Shown: positions 60,330 to 64,000 of the stretch, in pieces
How positions within the stretch are numbered: the stretch's first letter is position 1
How the letters are laid out: each line of letters starts with the position of its first letter
DNA from: an uncultured Acidobacteriota bacterium
Lineage (GTDB): Bacteria > Acidobacteriota > Terriglobia > Acidiferrales > UBA7541
Assembly: GCA_963730495.1 (NCBI GenBank)
Contig: CAVSSD010000016.1
Location: 89,076 to 153,075, forward strand
DNA: 64,000 bases
Direction of reading: 5' to 3'
Position numbers and translations under genes: made by a program
Notes under the pieces: model-generated
Databases searched by the model: none
Told to the model about the DNA's origin: nothing
The model's input: the letters and a program-made list of their open reading frames with translations, nothing else

Positions 60330-63300
60330 ATGATTCTGCCTGCCGTTCGCGAGCGATTGGATGCTGTGCTTCGCCACCCGTCGGTGGAAGGAGCGCTGGG
60401 CGCCTTGCGCGCCGGCGCGCAGCACATCTCGCTTTCCGGCTTGCATGATGTTGCCAAGGCTCTTCTGGCTGCGTACCTCACGCATGAGCTGAGGCGCCCG
60501 GCGTTTTTCATTACCGATTCGAATCGTCGCGCAGAGGCGCTGGCGGAAACGGTGCGTTTTTTCGCGAGCATTTTTCCCGGCGTAAGCGGAGGAGTGGCTA
60601 CGCTCCCGGCTTTCGATACGCTGCCGTGGGAATCGCAGAGCCCGCACCCGGACATTCTTGAACGGCGCGCGGCAACGCTTTTTCGCCTGACGGATGGGCA
60701 AGTTTCGTTGGTCATCGCTCCGGTACAAGCCGCACTTTGGCGTTTTCAAGACGCGACTTTGTATTTGTCGCTGGCGCGCACGCTTACCAAAGATGCAGAG
60801 GTTCCGCTGGAAGAATTTGTTGCGCATCTTGCTGGCGTGGGCTACACGCGCACGGAAATGGTCGAGCTGCCGGGGCAATTTGCGATGCGTGGGGGCATCG
60901 TGGACGTGTTTTCCGCGGAGGCGCCTCGCCCCGTGAGAATTGAGCTGTTGGGAGACACGGTCGAATCGGTGCGCGAATTTGATCCGCGCACGCAGCGCTC
61001 GATTGCGCCAGTGCAACGCACGACTCTTTTGCCGCTCACGGAGTGGAACGTAGCTATGCTCGTCGGCGCAACACAGTCGGCGGCTCCATCCTGGGAAGCA
61101 ACCTCGTTCTTCGGGCCTTCCGAGCAAAGCGGGCAAAGTTCGCTTTTCGAATTGGCCGAGAGCTCACTGAAGCCCATCGTTTTTTTGGACGAACCACAAA
61201 GTCTGCGCGACGCCGCGGAACAACATCTCGCGCACTCCACGGCAATCTACGAGCGCCATGGCAGCGCAAGCGCACCGGCAGCTTCGCATTTCTTTATGGA
61301 CGAGGCGGAGTTTGCAGCTGCGCTTGCGAAAACCTCTCAAGCCCATCTCGAGCAGCTCGCCGTCAACATCGGCTCCGCTCCTCAATTTGAACTTTCTTCA
61401 CGGCCGAGCTCGCGCTTTCATGGCGATGTCGTGGCCTGCATGGCCAGCGTGAAGTCACAGCTCACTTCGGGCGGAAAAGTTTTCCTGACGGCCGCGAGCA
61501 CTGGCGAACTCGAACGCCTTGCAGATATTTCCCGCGAGTACGATGTGCCGTACGTTCTAGGAGAGTCAGAAAACGCCGCTGCAGGTTTCACAGCCGAGGG
61601 AGCACTGGAGACTGCTGGGCTGCTGCTGATGCGCGCGCCGTTTGCCGAAGGCGTCGCCTTCCCCGAAGCAAAGCTTACAATTTTTGGCCACGCCGATCTT
61701 TTCGACGTTGCGCCGACGGTTGAACGTCCTAGCCACAAAATTCGTACTTCGGGATTTTTCACCGACTTCGCTGAATTGAAGCCAGGCGATTTCATCGTTC
61801 ACGTCGATCACGGCATTGGCCAATTCGAAGGCTTGCGTCAAATCGAATCGGACGGCCATCGCGGCGAGTTTATGCTGCTGCGCTACGCGGACGATGCGCG
61901 TCTTTACGTGCCGCTGGAGCGCATGGACCTGGTGCAAAGCTATCGTGTTGTCGAAGGCTCACACCCAACGCTCGACAAGCTGGGCGGTACGGGTTGGAAC
62001 ACGCGAAAAACGCGCGTCCGCAAATCGCTGGAGGATATGGCGGACCAGCTTCTGACTCTTTACGCCGCACGCAAGACGGCGCAAGGCTTTGCTTTTTCCG
62101 CGGACGGCAATTTTCAGCGCGAATTTGAAGATGCCTTCGAATTTGAGGAAACGGCAGACCAGAACACCGCCATCGCGCGATATCAAGCGCGATATGGAGC
62201 GACCCACGCCGATGGACCGGCTGCTTTGCGGCGACGTGGGCTATGGAAAAACTGAAGTTGCCATGCGGGCGGCATTCAAAGCGGTATCGGACAGCAAACA
62301 AGTTGCGGTTCTTGCGCCCACAACTGTGCTCGCTTTCCAGCATTTCGAAACTTTCAAACAACGATTCGCCGCGTTTCCAGTTCGAATCGAAATGTTGAGC
62401 CGCTTCCGCAGCGCCGCGGAGCAAAAGAAAATTCTCGCTGATCTCGAAGCCGGCAAAGTGGATGTGGTGATTGGCACGCACCGACTCATCTCGAAAGACG
62501 TAAAGTTCCAGGACCTCGGCCTGCTCGTCGTGGACGAAGAGCAGCGCTTCGGCGTCGCGCACAAAGAGCGGCTCAAAGAGATGAGGCAGAATGTTGACGC
62601 GCTTGCGCTCTCCGCCACGCCGATTCCGCGCACGCTGCACATGTCTCTTGTGGGCTTACGTGATATGTCCGTGATCGAGACTCCGCCGCGCGACCGCCTG
62701 GCGATTCAGACGGTGGTCGCCTCCTTTCAGGAAGATCTGGTGAAGCACGCGATCGAAAACGAGCTGGCGCGCGAAGGGCAAGTCTATTTCATCCACAACC
62801 GCGTCGAATCGATCTACTCGCTCGCAACGCTGGTGCAAAAATTGGTGCCGAAAGCCCGCGTTGTGGTGGGTCACGGCCAAATGGGGGAGAAAGAGCTCGA
62901 AAGCGTAATGCTGAAATTCATCCGCGAGGAAGCGGACGTAATGGTGGCCACGACGATTGTCGAAAACGGCCTCGACATCCCCAAGGCCAACACGATCCTG
63001 ATCAATCGTGCCGATCGACTCGGTCTTGCCGAACTTTATCAGCTGCGGGGACGAGTCGGCCGCTCTCATCAAAGGGCTTACGCGTATCTTCTCGTTCCTC
63101 CCGACACCTCTCTTTCCGAAATTGCCCGCAAGCGGCTCTCGGCCATGAAAGAGTTCAGCGAACTAGGCGCGGGCTTCCGCATCGCCGCACTCGATCTAGA
63201 GCTTCGCGGCGCAGGCAACATGCTGGGCCGCCAGCAGCACGGCCACATCGAAGCCATCGGGTTTGACATGTACTGCCAAATGCTGGAACGCGCCGTCTCC

Positions 63301-63765
63301 AAGCTGAAGGGCGAAGAATCGGGCCCTGAGCTACGCACTACGCTGAGCCTCGGCTTGGACGTTCGCATACCAGAAAACTACATCCCCAGCGAAAATCTAC
63401 GCCTGCGCACCTACAAGCGCATCTCGTCGATTGCCAGTGACGTGGAAAAGCAAGACGTCCACCGCGAACTGGCCGACCGATTCGGTGCTCCTCCCGCTAC
63501 GGTAGAAAACCTTTTGGAGTACGCCGTCCTCAAATCGATGTGTGAGCGCCTGCGCATCTCGGCGGTCGAACGGCAGGGAAACCGCATTGCCATCCGTTTT
63601 CACGCGGAAACGCCGCTAGACCCCGCCACGCTGGTCAAGGTGGTGCGTTCGCGGAAGGGCATTAAACTTGATCCCAGCGGCGTTCTGTGGCTGGAAACCA
63701 CCCGGGGAGAGTCGGTCCCGGGCGCGCTGAGAAACGTATTGCTAGGCCTTCAAGCCCAGAGCTAA
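60330..63765 (+). CDS. mfd: Transcription-repair coupling factor, frameshift ~62177
   Basis: RGGIVDVF, HVDHGIG, CGDVGYGKTEVA, DEEQRFG, QLRGRVGR, TRCF C-terminus. Confidence 0.95.
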
Positions 63766-63786
63766 ACTCTATAGGTGAGGAACTAC

Positions 63787-64000
63787 ATGCGTAATCTTTC
63801 GCTTATCGCGGCGCTATTCGCCGTCTTGCCGCTCGCGGCGCAGCAGCCCGCCCCGCCGACGCCGTCTCCGCAAACACAGAATCCGCCGGCTAAGCCGACG
63901 CTTGAGAAGCCCGATGAGGCTCCCGCTGACGTTCCTGGCGACGCTCCTGCTAAGCCCACGCCCAAAAAACCGGTGCCGATCAAGAAGCCTGCCGCCGCCG
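63787..64000 (+). CDS. Partial exported protein (signal peptide plus Pro-rich linker), truncated by the window edge
   Basis: GAGG RBS; MRNLSLIAALFAVLPLAAQQPAPP... Confidence 0.6.
   Translation, partial: MRNLSLIAALFAVLPLAAQQPAPPTPSPQTQNPPAKPTLEKPDEAPADVPGDAPAKPTPKKPVPIKKPAAA

Noticed and set aside
59718-61136. 472-aa minus-strand ORF
   Set aside because: Antisense to rfaE2 and mfd with no recognisable motifs
62089-62255. Programmed frameshift or true split of mfd
   Set aside because: No slippery sequence; one extra base restores AIADIKRDME, matching the window-wide error pattern

Overview
A 64-kb GC-rich bacterial chromosome segment. Its gene content (CadC-like wHTH-TPR, Kelch/Ig lipoprotein, DUF3300/DUF2950, TolB-like remnant) and repeat families suggest Acidobacteriota; this is an inference. 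Core blocks are aroC-def-fmt-tldD-tldE-PASTA (3.3-10.7 kb, minus strand), mlaEFD followed by a polyphosphate cluster (two thymidylate-kinase-like genes, ppx/gppA, sixA and a nearby CHAD gene; 36-47 kb), tRNA-Leu(CAA), and rfaE2-mfd. Between aroC and mlaE lies a ~24-kb patchwork of unrelated, mostly exported or signalling genes and gene scraps. Its junctions carry a recurrent imperfect palindrome, TGTCCGGTAA-N6-TTACCAGGAC, which resembles a tyrosine-recombinase (dif/pdif-type) site. Three near-identical copies bracket single genes like cassettes. Other highlights are a 21-bp mini-element inserted into REP hairpins and into itself, a PPK3-like active/degenerate kinase pair, and a TldD/TldE pair with signal peptides. 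Many genes (mfd, GH2, SDR and others) are split by single-base indels that look like sequencing or assembly errors. I saw no CRISPR array, integrase or transposase. All calls come from reading the sequence; no database searches were run.
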